A DNA stretch of 64,000 bases. Origin: the human T2T-CHM13v2.0 reference genome, Homo sapiens. Made by a program: the position numbers and the translations under genes. The notes beneath the pieces are model-generated. The model was given only the letters and a program-made list of their open reading frames with translations, was not told where the DNA came from and made no database searches. The stretch lies in assembly GCF_009914755.1 (NCBI RefSeq), contig NC_060930.1. One strand, written 5' to 3'. This document shows positions 12,800 to 32,187 of the stretch, piece after piece (the first letter of the stretch is position 1; the number at the start of each line of letters is the position of its first letter).

Positions 12800-13580
12800 A
12801 ACCTAGCAACACTGAGATATAATTGAGATAAACTTCACATACATGTACAATTGATGAGTTTTAACTTATTAAAATATCTGTGAAATCATCACTTCAGTAA
12901 AACACAGAACATATTCATCAGCCCCAAAAGGTTTCCCCGGGTCCCTTTGAGATGTCTCCCTTCCAGATAACTGCTGATTGACTTTCTGTCGCTATAGAAA
13001 GTTTGCACTTTTAGTTTGCATTTTCTAGATTTCTATATTAATGAAATCTTATAGCAGGAACTTTGTTTTCTGGTATGGCTTCTTTCAGCATTAATATTTT
13101 GAGGTTTGTCCATGTTGTTGCACGTATTAATAGTTTACTCCTTTTATTACTGGGAAGTATTCCCTTGTATGACTATACCATACTTTTTTTAATCCATTCA
13201 CCTGCTGATAGACATTAGTATTACTTCCACTTTTTTTTTATTTGTTTGAGATGGAGTGTTGCTCTGTCACCCAGGCTGGAGTGCAGTGGCGCGATCTCAG
13301 CTCACTACAGCCTCTGCCTCCGAGTAGTTGGTATTAAAGGCGCACGCCACCATGCATGGCTAATATTTGTATTTTTAGTAGAGATGAGGTTTCACCATGT
13401 TGACAGGCTGGTCTCGAACTCCTGATCTTGTGATCTGCCCATCCAGCCTCAAAAAGTCCTGGGATTACCGGCATGAGCCCCTGTGCCAGGCTTTTTTTTT
13501 TTTTTTTTTTTTTAAATAAAGATGTCATAAACAGCTATATACAAGAGTATATACCAACATATGATTTGAATTCCCTGGAA
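12800..13580 (-). mobile_element. L1M fragment interrupted by an Alu (13231-13491)
   Basis: L1 3'-UTR motifs (ttgaggtttgtccatgttgttgcacgtattaatagttt) and an antisense Alu. Confidence 0.7.
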
Positions 13581-13585
13581 TAAAT

Positions 13586-14121
<536 letters not shown>

Positions 14122-14882
14122 AGAAACGGGAGGGAACATTATACATTATAGGGCAAAAAGTTGCAGCTGTGGGGCCAGCTGGACAGATCTGAATCTCACC
14201 TCCGGCGCCTGTAGATCCCGGAGCATTAGGACCTTGGATGTTTTTAAAAGAATATTCTCTGATCACACGGAATTAAGTTGGAAATCAGTAGCAGAAAACG
14301 CCCCTTGGTGGAGTATCTCAGGCAAGACTCTTAACACTTTGGAACATAGTTTTCTCTTTTATAAAATAAAAGAAAATCAATCAGGATGAGTTGTCTTGGA
14401 GATTTAAGATTATAATCCATGTTAGATATATATCCTCTAGCGACAATATTTCAGAGTTAGCTAATTCAGTTTGTGGCAACTTTATAGAAATAACTACCTC
14501 GAATAATGAGAAGCAATTGTACCTAGAGGGGATGGATAGGTCTTACGACGGGTATATTTAAGAGTTTAGGAAACTACTGAACTATTGTCCAAAGTGTTTG
14601 TGTGATTTTACATTTCCAGCAGGATAGGAAATTTCCAGTTGATTCACATCTCACCAACACACGGTATGGCCAATCTCTTTAATTTTCGCTATTTTAGTGG
14701 GATTATAACAATATTTCCTTGTGATTTTAATTAGCACTAAGCTTGCAATGAATAATGATTTTGAATATCTTCTCAGGTATTTATTTACCTTCTGTGTGTC
14801 TTCTTTAATAATCTGTTCAAATCTTTTCCTCATTATTTAAAAAATCAACTTTATTGGTCTTTATTTTTAAGAACATGCTTCT

Positions 14883-14976
14883 CACATATTTACCTATGTA
14901 ACAAACCTGCACATCCTGCACATGTACCCCAGAACTTAAAAGTTGAAGAAAAAAAATTTTAATCTTAAAAAAAAAA
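14883..14976 (+). mobile_element. Very short 5'-truncated L1P 3' end with TSD
   Basis: tttacctatgtaacaaacctgcacatcctgcacatgtaccccagaacttaaa + poly(A); TSD aacatgcttct at 14872-14882 and 14977-14987. Confidence 0.85.
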
Positions 14977-14989
14977 AACATGCTTCTGC

Positions 14990-16560
<1,571 letters not shown>

Positions 16561-17243
16561 TAGTAACGATGAAATATGCGTCCTGATTACTGAATTGCTA
16601 TCTAATTAAGCTTTCATTTTGGTTTAACAACTTACTTGACTTATTCCCGATAATGTATACGCTAGAATGTTCCTTGATTCTGAACTTAAACACCAGTGGC
16701 ATGAAAGAAGAAGGCTACTGAGAATTGTAAACCTTCATCCTTGGCCCTGCTCTTGCTGATTCAGTATCCTGCAGAGCTGAGCTTCCTTCGGCTTTTTCAC
16801 TCCTGTGTCAGGCTCTCCTACCGTGCTCTCTTCTGAGGTTCACATTCACCATTATTGGATTCTTCTTGTTGCTGTTATTGTATCTTTATTTTCTAATTGT
16901 TATAAAAATTTGTCCCTGAACCCCAATTTGGTGCAACTTATTGTTCCCAGGTTTGTTTGTTTTTCTCCCTGGCCTGAACCTCATCCACTTCTTTGCATTT
17001 CTTTTGGCATATGTGTCTTTTAATGGCATTTTAATCTCTTTTTAAAACCTCAATATTTCAAAGGCATTTGCTTATTATGACAAATTCAAATGCTATAGGA
17101 ATGTATAAATTTACAAATTAAACTTTTCTCCAAGTCAAAGTGGGAACTCTGGGTCTGGTCAGAACACCTGATTTTTTTAAACATGCCTTCATTCTATTAA
17201 CTCAATTATCAAGTTAGCTTCCTCATTATAAATAATATGCAAG

Positions 17244-17885
<642 letters not shown>

Positions 17886-18701
17886 TTAAATTGTCAACTT
17901 TCAAGGTGGGGGAGGGATTAGCCCTTTTCAAATAGCCTTTTTGTATGAGTAAATCCATAATAAAAGTTGATCAATAACCAGTAGACATTTAAACTTCAAA
18001 TATAAGGGAATAAAACAAACACTGATTTTAGACACTGTTTGAATTAATCAAGCCCGGGCTCCACTTTACAAACATCTGTCTCTGAAGGTTATTAAATTTG
18101 GCGTTGGCCTGTGCACTTCAGTGGCCAGGAGGTCAGAAGGCAAGGGAAGGCCAGAAATGACTGCTTCCCCCCACCGAACCCTCTCCTGGATCTGGAAAGA
18201 ATATGTAGAAAAAAGGATAGTGTTTTAATTTATTCTTGATTAATCTCTTAATTTCATTAAAGTGAATTAAGTTTTTCAGAACACAGAAAAGAACTTCATA
18301 AAAATACCAGATATATTTTTTTCTTTTCATGAACATAAACTGCCCAGAAGTCTCTGGGTATTTCTTTCAGGAATTTCAGATCTCCTGCCATAGTTTGAAA
18401 CATGGTACTGTCTCAGGATGTGGTATTTGGTCCACTGTGATACTCCTAGAGCAGATGCAGTTTCCGCTTTGACATTTCTGGATTTCAGAAATTAGCTCCA
18501 CACATTGAGACTGAACAAAATCTTTTCCCTGCTTATAAAAGCAGTGCAAGCTCTGGAATAGAGTAAAAGTAATAAAAATAATCCATAATGCTACAACTCA
18601 GTGAGAACCACTGTTAACATTCTTGTGTATATATCCCAGTCTTTTTATTCTGTGTATATGTGAATGTATGTGTGTGCATCTGTGTAGGAAGAAATGTGTC
18701 T

Positions 18702-19038
<337 letters not shown>

Positions 19039-19644
19039 CTATCTACCTCAGTCCTTGGTATAGGAAAGGCATTTCTTAAGTAGAACATGAATAAATATTA
19101 GGGGCCAGGCATGGTGGCCCACACCTGTAATCCCCGCACTTTGGGAGGCCAAAGTGAAAGGATTGCTTGAGCCCAGGTGTTCAAAACCAGCCTGAAAAAG
19201 ATGGTGAGACTCTCCCCCCCGAAAAAAAGGATCACAATGGGTCCGTTCTTAACCACTTTCAAGTATTCCATTGGAGCTGCCTGATCTCCACCTAGCGATG
19301 GTCTAGTACAGTGAGAACTCCCAGATGTGCCCCTTCTGGTGAGAGGCAAGCTTCCTGACAACGCCATGCTGAGTGTTTGATTGGCCGGCCAGACCTGTTC
19401 ATAAAGCATTTCACAAACCGTCCTTTCTTACGCAAACTAGCTGGGAATAAACAGGCCCCCTGTGGGTCTTAGAACTAAAGCAAATATGAACCTCAAAGAA
19501 CAAAGGAAAATCATTACTGGTGGCAGGAATATGAGAGTGCTTCCACAATACTATTTCACAAGTCTTTTCTACATGGGCTTCAGTCACAAAGGTGGTTTGA
19601 CATTCACTGAGCAGCATGGGAACAATTCTAGAACACTTATTCTA

Positions 19645-20076
<432 letters not shown>

Positions 20077-20194
20077 TTATTCTAATAAAACAAACACACC
20101 TCTTCTCTTCCAAAAAGAATGTGAGACAGCTTAGACTGTTACAGTACTGTGAAGGGAACTATTAAAATTTATACCATATTCTAGTTGTCAAATG

Positions 20195-20430
20195 TTCAGA
20201 ATAGGAAAGACTTTAGAATCAGAAGGTAGATTAGCAGCTCTCAGGGACCCAGGGAGTTGGGGCAGGGATGTAATGGTTGGATGGTTTCTTTTGGGATAAT
20301 ACAAATATTGTGGAATTAGATAGAGATGATGGTTGCACAACCTTGTGTGAATATACTGAAAACCACTGAACTGTACATTTCAAAAGGGAGAATTGTATGG
20401 TGTATGAATTAAGTTTCAATAAAGTCGTTA
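20195..20430 (+). mobile_element. L1MB 3' end
   Basis: gatggttgcacaaccttgtgtgaatatactgaaaaccactgaactgtacattt ... caataaag. Confidence 0.75.
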
Positions 20431-21074
20431 CAGAAAATTTGCATCATAACAGTGGCTTGCGTGTGTAACAAGTTCCTACTTTCAGAGTACCTTCCTTTTA
20501 TTATATAACTTTTAATATCATTATAACCTTATAAAATACACAGGGCAAGTTTATGTAATCTCCCTTAATAGTTGGTAGAGCTGAGACCCAAAGAGACTCA
20601 GTGATTTTGCCAACATCACACATCTACTTAGAGGTAGAGCCAGATTTCGAATAAAAATATTCCAGTTCCTATCCAGTGAACCTCTATTGTTCAACGTCCC
20701 ATTAATGGGTTATACTCAATATCCAGCTACTCAATTTCATATATTTTATATGATGTTATTAAATAATAACAGCTCTTATTATTAAGTGCCTGTTATGTGC
20801 CAGGTAGCATCATACACTGTTTTTGTTTGTTTTGCTCTTTAGAGAGCAGATCTTGCTATGTTGCCCAGGCTGGAGTACAGTGGCTATTCACAGGCTGGAT
20901 CACAATGCACTGCAGCCTTGAACTCCTGGGCTCCAGTAATTCTCCCGCCTCAGCCTCCCCAGTAGCTGGTACTACAGGTGCATGTCATCATGCCCTGCTA
21001 TTACAAGTCATTATACAAACCTCATAAAGTTTTGTTAGCTGCATTTTACTTCTTTTGGAAGGTAGCTTATTCGT

Positions 21075-21273
21075 CCAAGGTTGCCCCACAGGGGACATTT
21101 AGCAGTGCGTGGAGACGTTTTTGGTTGTCACAGTGGGAGGGGGAGGATGCTACTAGCATCTAGTGGGTAGACGCCACGTATGCTGCTAAACGTGCAACAA
21201 TGAACAGGACAGGCCCCACCACAGACAATTATCTGGTCTAAAATATTGATAGTGCCAAGGGTGAGCAACCCTG
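21075..21273. mobile_element. MER20 (hAT)
   Basis: gggacatttagcagtgcgtggagacgtttttggttgtcac ... gagcaaccctg. Confidence 0.8.
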
Positions 21274-21449
21274 CTTTAAATGATGATGACATAGTATGTG
21301 TGAAAACCCTCTACAAATCCATACTGCTATTTTTACCATTTTACAAGTAGATTTTTCTAGTATGACAGCTATTCCTGGCAATGTTAGCCAGCACTAGGCC
21401 CTCAGCTCATGTTTGTTGGGTAGACCAGTGCATGTCAAAGATGATTAGC

Positions 21450-22087
<638 letters not shown>

Positions 22088-22795
22088 TCAACATTAGTGA
22101 TTAGGGGTAGAATTTGAAGTTTCCAGGTTACTGTGGCAGTGTGTACACCTGATTAAACACTACTCTTCCAGCTAATTTGACAGAAATGCAACAATATATT
22201 AAATATGGAAGGAGAGGGGCAGGTGATGGGAGAGAGAAGTTGTGAAAAGCCCCACAATGTGTCCTCATCCTGGAGACACTGAGTATGTGCTTGAAAATAG
22301 GCTGGTTCCATCGTGTAATGGTTAGAACTCTGGACTCTGAAAATAGGCTGATGTATTGGACTAACCTGTAATTGTGAGAAATAATTTATTTGCAGAAGAT
22401 AAAAGACTTAGAGGACATTTATAAATATAAATGTTATTAGAATTAGGTGACCTTCAAAGGAGTACTGAATACGCCTGTTGGTTTTGGTCACAAAGTTTCC
22501 CAAATCATTTTTGTTTTGCTTCGATTATATTTACCTAATCCTGATAAGTTTCACCCGAATGAATAAATGTTATCGCTCTGAGCTTCAAAGTGCAAATATT
22601 TTACCAGCCTCATTGAAAAGCACAAATATTATCTTTAGCATAGATTGGTTTCTCAGGGTAGAAAACTGCATATAAGAACAAATCTCATGAAGTTAAGGTT
22701 ATCTCATTCCCTATTTAATTTGTCCTTTAGTTGAATAGTGAGTTAGAGCTAGAGACATGCTTATAAAATTTTGTTTTCTGATGTCTTCTCTGTAG

Positions 22796-22867
22796 GACAA
22801 ATGGAAGGAAAGATTTTTGGAAGCAGCTTCTTGTGTCCGACCCGCTGTGATCAGCTGCTACTCCCAG
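22796..22867 (+). other. GCNT2: Candidate alternative GCNT2 mini-exon with ATG, ending in phase 1
   Basis: Polypyrimidine acceptor ttttctgatgtcttctctgtag|, ATG at 22801, 22 open codons (MEGKIFGSSFLCPTRCDQLLLP) then CCA G|GTCTGG, the same phase and the same P-G junction as exon 1A. Confidence 0.5.
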
Positions 22868-23082
22868 GTCTGGGGTTAGATGGCTTTGTGACTTTCCTTC
22901 TCTGGATGGCATTTTGCTTTCCTCTGTAAAATGGTGTGATGAATGAGATGACCTCTAAGCCTCTTTCCATGTCTGTCACTGGACTGTCCTCTTATGTAGC
23001 CATTTAAGTTTTCTAATTAAAAAAAAAAAATTTAAAATTTGATGCTCAGTTAAGTTACATCAAAATAATTAAAATGAAACTA

Positions 23083-23442
23083 CAGGTTGAGTATCCCATA
23101 TCCAAAACGCTTGGGACCAGAAGTGTTCTGAATTTCAAGTTTTTTCTAGGTTGGAAAATTTGCATATACATAATGAGATGTCTTGGGGATGGGACCCAAG
23201 TCTGAACATGAAATTCATTTATATTTCATATACACCTTATGCACATAGCCTGGAGATAATTTTATACACTATTTTAAATAATTGTGTCCAAGAAGCAAAG
23301 TTTTGGCTGCTGTTCGACTGAGACCCATCACATGAAGTCAGGTGTGGAATTTTCCACTGATGGTGCCACATTAACTCTCAAAAAGTTTTGGATTTTGGAG
23401 CATTTCAGATCTCAGATTTTCAGACTAGGGATGCCGAACCTC
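23083..23442. mobile_element. Tigger4 (Zombi/MER46) DNA transposon
   Basis: TA|caggttgagtatccc ... gggatgccgaacctc|TA terminal inverted repeats with TA TSD. Confidence 0.9.
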
Positions 23443-23524
23443 TATGTAATTTTGCTTTGAATGTGTCTGGGACACTGGGGAAATTTTGATTTTTAAGATT
23501 CATCTCTAATTCTGAAAATAACCT

Positions 23525-23824
<300 letters not shown>

Positions 23825-24889
23825 CTAAGTGATGGCACGTCACCCCGGGGCATCTTTCCACTTTCACATTCTCTCCTGGCTGCTTTACCTGCCCTGCCAG
23901 CACAGTCCAGAGGGCCCCCACTAGCATTCCACATGCCAGGCCTTGCTTAGATGGAAGGCCTTTTCTTCCATCTAATCTAACCTGTCTCTTGTCCCATTTT
24001 TCCAGAACCTCTATTGGATGGCATTTTCTAGAACCTCTATTGGTTACTTACGGCATAATGAGATATATAGAGGTTATTGCTAGGTCATCCTTCTTGACTC
24101 AAATCTCATTTAAGCAATTAGCTTCCTTATGAAACTTCATAAGGGTCATTGTGGATCCCTTGGCTGGCTGATGGGGCTGAGATCTTGGGATAGGCAGGTT
24201 TTTCCTTGCGCCTCGAATGCCACGTTGAATACTCCTCATGTCTTTGGAGACATGTCCTTCCCTTCGAGCTGCTCCCAGTCAGGTGAGGAATAAAATGCTA
24301 TGATGGCGTGAAAATTCTCCCTTGGTCTCATCCATAGATTTGCAATCACCTAAAAAAAAAAAAGGAAGAGTGTGCCAAGCCACCCCATATAGAGCCACTG
24401 TGTGGCAGCACTGCCTCTCGCCAAAGCTTGGGCCACTCGGTGTCAGGCAAAGTGCAGTGGGGTGAGTTTCCAGTTCACTGGCGGTACAGGTAGCCCCTAG
24501 AAGCGATCGTGTGCAGTGAGAATAGCTAGCATTTCAGAGTGTTCACTATGCGTGAATACTGCTCAGAGTGCATTCTACTTATTAACACATCAACTCACAA
24601 AACAGCCCTACTGGTATTATCTTTATTTTACTGACAAAGAAATTAAGACAGATAGGAAAAGTGATTTGCCCAACGTCACACAACTAGGAACTAGCAAAGC
24701 CAGGATCTAGACCCACGCAAACCTCTCTTTGAAGCTCATGCTTTGCTACCAAATATCGTGTCATTCTGGCATTCACGAGGAAATCTTGAAAATAAAGCAA
24801 AAAGTTGTAAAATGGTATCAAGTCCACAATCGCTGTCTTGATGTAGTGCAAGCACAGTGGTATACAAGGGACATCCGTAGATACAGAGG

Positions 24890-25222
24890 AGAGGGTCAGC
24901 AAACCTTCTCTGGTAAAGGCCAGATGGAAAACATTTTAAGCTTCGGTGGTCAGATGTGGCAACAACTTAGCCCTGCCATTGTAACGTGAAAGCAGCCATA
25001 GGCCCTGTGTAAACAAATGAGGACGGCTGTGTTCCAATAAAATTGTATTTATGGACACCGAAATTTGAATTTCATATAATTTTCATGTGTCACAAAACAT
25101 TTTTCTTCTTTGGATTTTCTCCCAACCATTTTAAAATATAAAACCATTCTAGCTGAGAGATTGTCTAAAAACATGCAGCGAGCCAGACTGGACCCCCCCA
25201 GCTGTGGTTTTGCTGATCTCTG
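24890..25222. mobile_element. MER58 (hAT-Charlie)
   Basis: gagggtcagcaaac ... taaaggccagatgg ... tttgctgatctctg. Confidence 0.8.
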
Positions 25223-25321
25223 GTATAGAGGAAAGAAGGGTGGCTAAACTTAATTCGGTGAGTGCCTACCATAAGCAAGGTGTTGAAAGTGCAGTGACCA
25301 GCAGACCGAAATAGTTCTCCA

Positions 25322-25752
25322 TGGGACATTATGTTGAGTGAAATAAGCCAGGCACAGAGAGACAAATATTGCATGATCTCACTCATGTGGAATCCACATA
25401 GAAGTAGAGAATAGAACAGTGGTTACCAGAGAATGGGAAGGGAAAGGAGCAGGGGGGTGATGAGAGATGGATCAACAGGTGCCAAGCTATAGATAGAGAG
25501 GAAGAATAAGCTCTGGAGTTCTACTGCATAGGAGGAGGATTACAGTTAATAATAATGCATTGTATATTTCAAAATACCTGGAAGAGCAGTTTTTGAATGT
25601 TCTGATAACAAACAATAAATGTCTAAGGTGATGGATATGCTAATTACCATGATTTGATCATTACACAATGTATACATGTATTGGAACATCATGCTGCATC
25701 CCATAAATACGTATAATTACCACCTGTAAATCATACATTTAAAAATAAAATA
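25322..25752 (+). mobile_element. L1MA 3' end
   Basis: ggacattatgttgagtgaaataagccaggcacag ... gatggatatgctaattacc. Confidence 0.85.
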
Positions 25753-26004
25753 TTAACTTTTTGTTTTAAAAATAAATAGTCCTCCATGGACTAGTGGTAG
25801 AGCAAACAAACAAGCAATTGTAGGAGTACAAGGTTTTATTAGGGCAGGTGAAGGGCTTCTAACCCAGACTTGGAAGAGCAAGGAAGGGTCACCAGGGAAG
25901 CAGTGTCACATAGGGACCTGAAAGATGAGTAGGAACTCAAGACAAGGCAGGGGGAGAGAATATTCCAGGTAGATGGCCTATGCAGTGAGAAGAGATAAGC
26001 TTGA

Positions 26005-26915
<911 letters not shown>

Positions 26916-27701
26916 GAAGAAGAAGAGTTAGGTTTGAAAACCCCAGGCTGCCATTAACTCATTACTGGATATCAGGCAAGCTAGCATATCTTTGGGCGTA
27001 ATTTCTTCATGTGCAAAGTGGATATAATGTCAATGCTTACCTCTCAGGCCATCAGTGAGAAAATGGAGACAAAATGTGATAGAATAGTCGTTATGGGTCA
27101 TTGTCAGTGTTCTTTATTTGTAACTGAATCAATTGGTGAGAATAATCTGCAAGATTCCTTTCAATCCTGAAATACTATAAATTCTTGATCTTTATTTTTA
27201 AGTAAAGAGACCCCACTATCGAGGAGTTCTGGGTGCTGTCCACGTAAATGGTGACCTACTTCAGGACAACTGTGATTGCCTGAAGTTGAAGAAATATAGT
27301 GTCCCTTGCATTCAAAGGTGACATCAGTGATGGTGATGGTGGCTCTGCATGGGAAAAAGAGGTGCCAAATGAACACACATTCCACCTGTACTCCACATGG
27401 GAAAAACACCCTGAGCTGGCAGCTGTGGCCGATTTGCTAGGGTCTTAATTTGTGGTTGACCTAGACAGAGGTGCCCAACTGTGCCTGGCTTTTGTGAAGT
27501 GGTCAGCTGGCCCCACTGGCTCATGTTCAAAGAGTCACCTGATTTTTTAAATAGAAGAGCTACCGACTTGTGGTTGATCCTCCTTCTTTTAAGTAAATGG
27601 TCATATTGCACTTCTTGCTGCAAATAAGTTGCTAGAGCACATTTCTCAAGTCTGGGCAGGGACCTGCAGACTGACTTCAGCAATGGCATAAAATCAGGTG
27701 A

Positions 27702-28650
27702 ATGATGAATCCAGAAAAGACCATAGGAAAAATAAAGGTAGAGGCATTTGGGTTGGTCCTAGGGCTTATGGCCACGTCCATAACTCTTTTATTCCTGTAT
27801 AGTAACTATTAGGTCCCGCAAAAATATCTTCCATGGGGGAAGATCTCAAACTCTTCAGTCCTTGCAGAAGTGTGTGGCATGATTGTGACAGGCAAGAAAA
27901 TGTTCTTGGATGAAAATATACCAGTGACGCCATTGAGAAATAATAACCTGCCAGCGATACTTGATCCGAAATCACTGCATAATGGAACCTGTGTCCAAAG
28001 ACGAAGCCGAGTTCCCTTTGGCCTATGTCATGGTCATCCGCAAAGACTGATACATTTGAAAGACTCTTGAGGGCCATCTACACTCCCCAAAACATCTACT
28101 GTGTTCATGTGGATCAGAAGGCCCCAGTCACTTTCAAAGACGCTGTAAGAAAGCTACTGAGCTGCTTCACAAACGTCTCTGTGGCTTCTGAGAGGGAGTC
28201 TCTGTTCTACACAGGGATCTCCAGGCTCCAGGCTGACCTGCACTGCCTGAAAGACCTTGTGGCCTCTGAGGTTCCCTGGAAGTACGTCATCAACACCTGT
28301 GGGCAAGAATTCCCCTGAAAACCAACAGGGAAATACGTTCAGTATCTGAGGTTACGGAAAAGGAAAAATATCACCCCCGGGGTGCCGCCTCCTCCTCATA
28401 TTATCAGAAGGACCAAATACATGCACTTGGAGCAGAGATAGCTTGTTTTCCTTCATGCTGTGGACTTGCATGAGAAAAATGCCTCCTCCCCACCATCTGA
28501 CAATTTACTTTGGCTCTGCCTATGTGGCCCTTACAAGGGAATTTGCTAATTTTGTTCTTCAAAACCTAAGGGCCATTGATTTACTTGAGTGGTCAAAAGA
28601 TACTGACTCTCCTGATGAGCATTTCTGGGTGACACTCAGTAGGATTCCAG
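27702..28650 (+). pseudogene. Decayed GCNT2 variable first-exon paralog (pseudo-exon)
   Basis: Translates across frameshifts to a full exon-1 homolog: TM-like segment, [106 protein letters not shown]. Stop TAG 27810-27812 and about five frameshifts (near 27947, 28048, 28310, 28336, 28440). Intact donor CAG|GTATGT at 28651. Confidence 0.93.
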
Positions 28651-28834
28651 GTATGTGGAACTTGATTTCCAATCTACATAAAGTCTAAACTCTGTGAGTG
28701 CACGCACACGTGTGTGTTACACATTGAAAATGGTCTTGATGAAGTTATGTATACCCATCTGTGTTTCTAGACTTAATGAATATCCTGTTGACTGCTTTCC
28801 ATATGTTTCAATAAATTAATATAAAATATACTTC

Positions 28835-29145
28835 TGGCCAGGTGCGGTGGCTCATGCCTGTAATCCCACCACTTTGGGAGGCCGAGGTAGGCAGATCACT
28901 TGAGGTCAGGAGTTTGAGACCAGCCTGGCCAACATGGTGAAACCCTGTCTCTACTAAAAATACAAAAATCAGCCAGGTGTGGTGGCACTGGCCTGTAATC
29001 CCAGCTACTCAGGAGGCCAAGACAGGAGAATCACTTGAACTTGGGAGGTGGAGGCTGCAGGGAGCCAAGATTGCAGCACTGCACTCCAGCCTGGGTGGCA
29101 CAGCAAGACTCCATCTCAATGAATGAATGAATAAATAAATAAAAT
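28835..29145 (+). mobile_element. AluS
   Basis: Full dimer. Confidence 0.9.
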
Positions 29146-29224
29146 AAATTATGCTTCTATGTGTCACTAAATAGACTGTTAGCTTATAGAACATCCTTAT
29201 TAAATTTCTGCTGTCATTGTATGT

Positions 29225-29626
29225 TATGTTTTGTTAAATTTTTTGTTGGTACACAGTAGGTATATATATTTATGGGTTACATGAGACGTTTTGAATCAGT
29301 CATGAAATGTGAAATAATCACTTCAGGGTAAACGGGGTCTCCATGACCTCAAGCATTTATCCTTTGTGTTACAAACCATCCAATTACACTTTTATTCCTT
29401 TTAAAATGTACGATTAAATTATTTTTGACTTATGTTATGCTAGCAAATACTAGGTCTTATTCATTCTTTCTGTTTTTGTACCCATTAACCCTCCCCCTTT
29501 CCCTCCATACCCCTACTCCCTTTCCCAGCCTCTGCTCATCATCCTTCTACTCTCTAACTCCATGAGTTCAATTATTTTAACTTTTAGCTCCCACAAACGT
29601 GAGAATATGTGAAGTTTGTCTTTCTG
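29225..29626 (-). mobile_element. L1MA 3' end
   Basis: tgacctcaagcatttatcctttgtgttacaaaccatccaattacac ... agctcccacaaacgtgagaa. Confidence 0.85.
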
Positions 29627-29659
29627 AGATCTTTGAATCTCTGATATGACACCCAAAAC

Positions 29660-29962
<303 letters not shown>

Positions 29963-30190
29963 CCAAAACTCTTTTTTAAGCAATGATAATATGTTGTCTA
30001 GAAATTCAGTATCTTCAATATGGATTGGATTATTCATTATAATCTCATTTTCTGTGAATCTATATTACACGCATTTGAAAAGTTTGAGATCTGAGAATGT
30101 CAATAAAATTTCTATAAGAACAATATGAAATAATGCAAATTTCTCCAAATGAAAAAAGTTTTAAAAATCCATTAAGAATTTCAAGAATTT

Positions 30191-30532
<342 letters not shown>

Positions 30533-30931
30533 TCAACTGTGTTTGGGCCATGTCCACATGCTGGCCTCACTTGGATTGATGGGTAGAAACCCTCTGTGGG
30601 CCAGCCTTCATGAGTCTTCAGGAAGTCATCCTTCGTATAAAATTTTAAAATCCTCTACTAGTTATCCGTGGGCAGAACATTTTAAAACATTCTTTTCTTA
30701 TTATAAAATTCAATCTTACTGCGGAAACTCTGGGAAAAACAAAAGCATAAACAAGAAAGTAAAATCTACGCATTATACAAAACTGAGAAGTAATTTCTGT
30801 TAGCATTTTAGCATTATTTACCTCTTTCTCTGTGTATTGCTTCATGTAGTTAGGTTATACTGATGATGTAATTTTTTTATCCTGCTACTTTCATTTAACA
30901 CTATATCATAATAGTTTCCCTATGTGATTAA

Positions 30932-31605
<674 letters not shown>

Positions 31606-31857
31606 GTTCCTAGTTTTTTACTGTGTAAAATGTTATTTTAGTCAATACTGAATAACATCAAAAGTAAGTAACATCTTTTCACATAAGCTTCGCCACATTT
31701 TAGTATTATTGTCTTTGGAATTAAAATTCACTGGATTGAAAGATAGCCACATTTAAAATTCTTGATACATATTGCAAAATTGCTTTCCAAAATATATTCT
31801 AATTTTCCATCAGTCCACCAGTGTGTGATCACACGTCTGCTAACAGTGGTATTCTAA

Positions 31858-32187
<330 letters not shown>

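Noticed and set aside
23995-24045. Short tandem duplications (agaacctctattgg x2; also ctgtgaggtatgaac x2 near 35923 and attcaatagattaga x2 near 12033)
   Set aside because: Ordinary slippage or repair micro-duplications with no sign of function.
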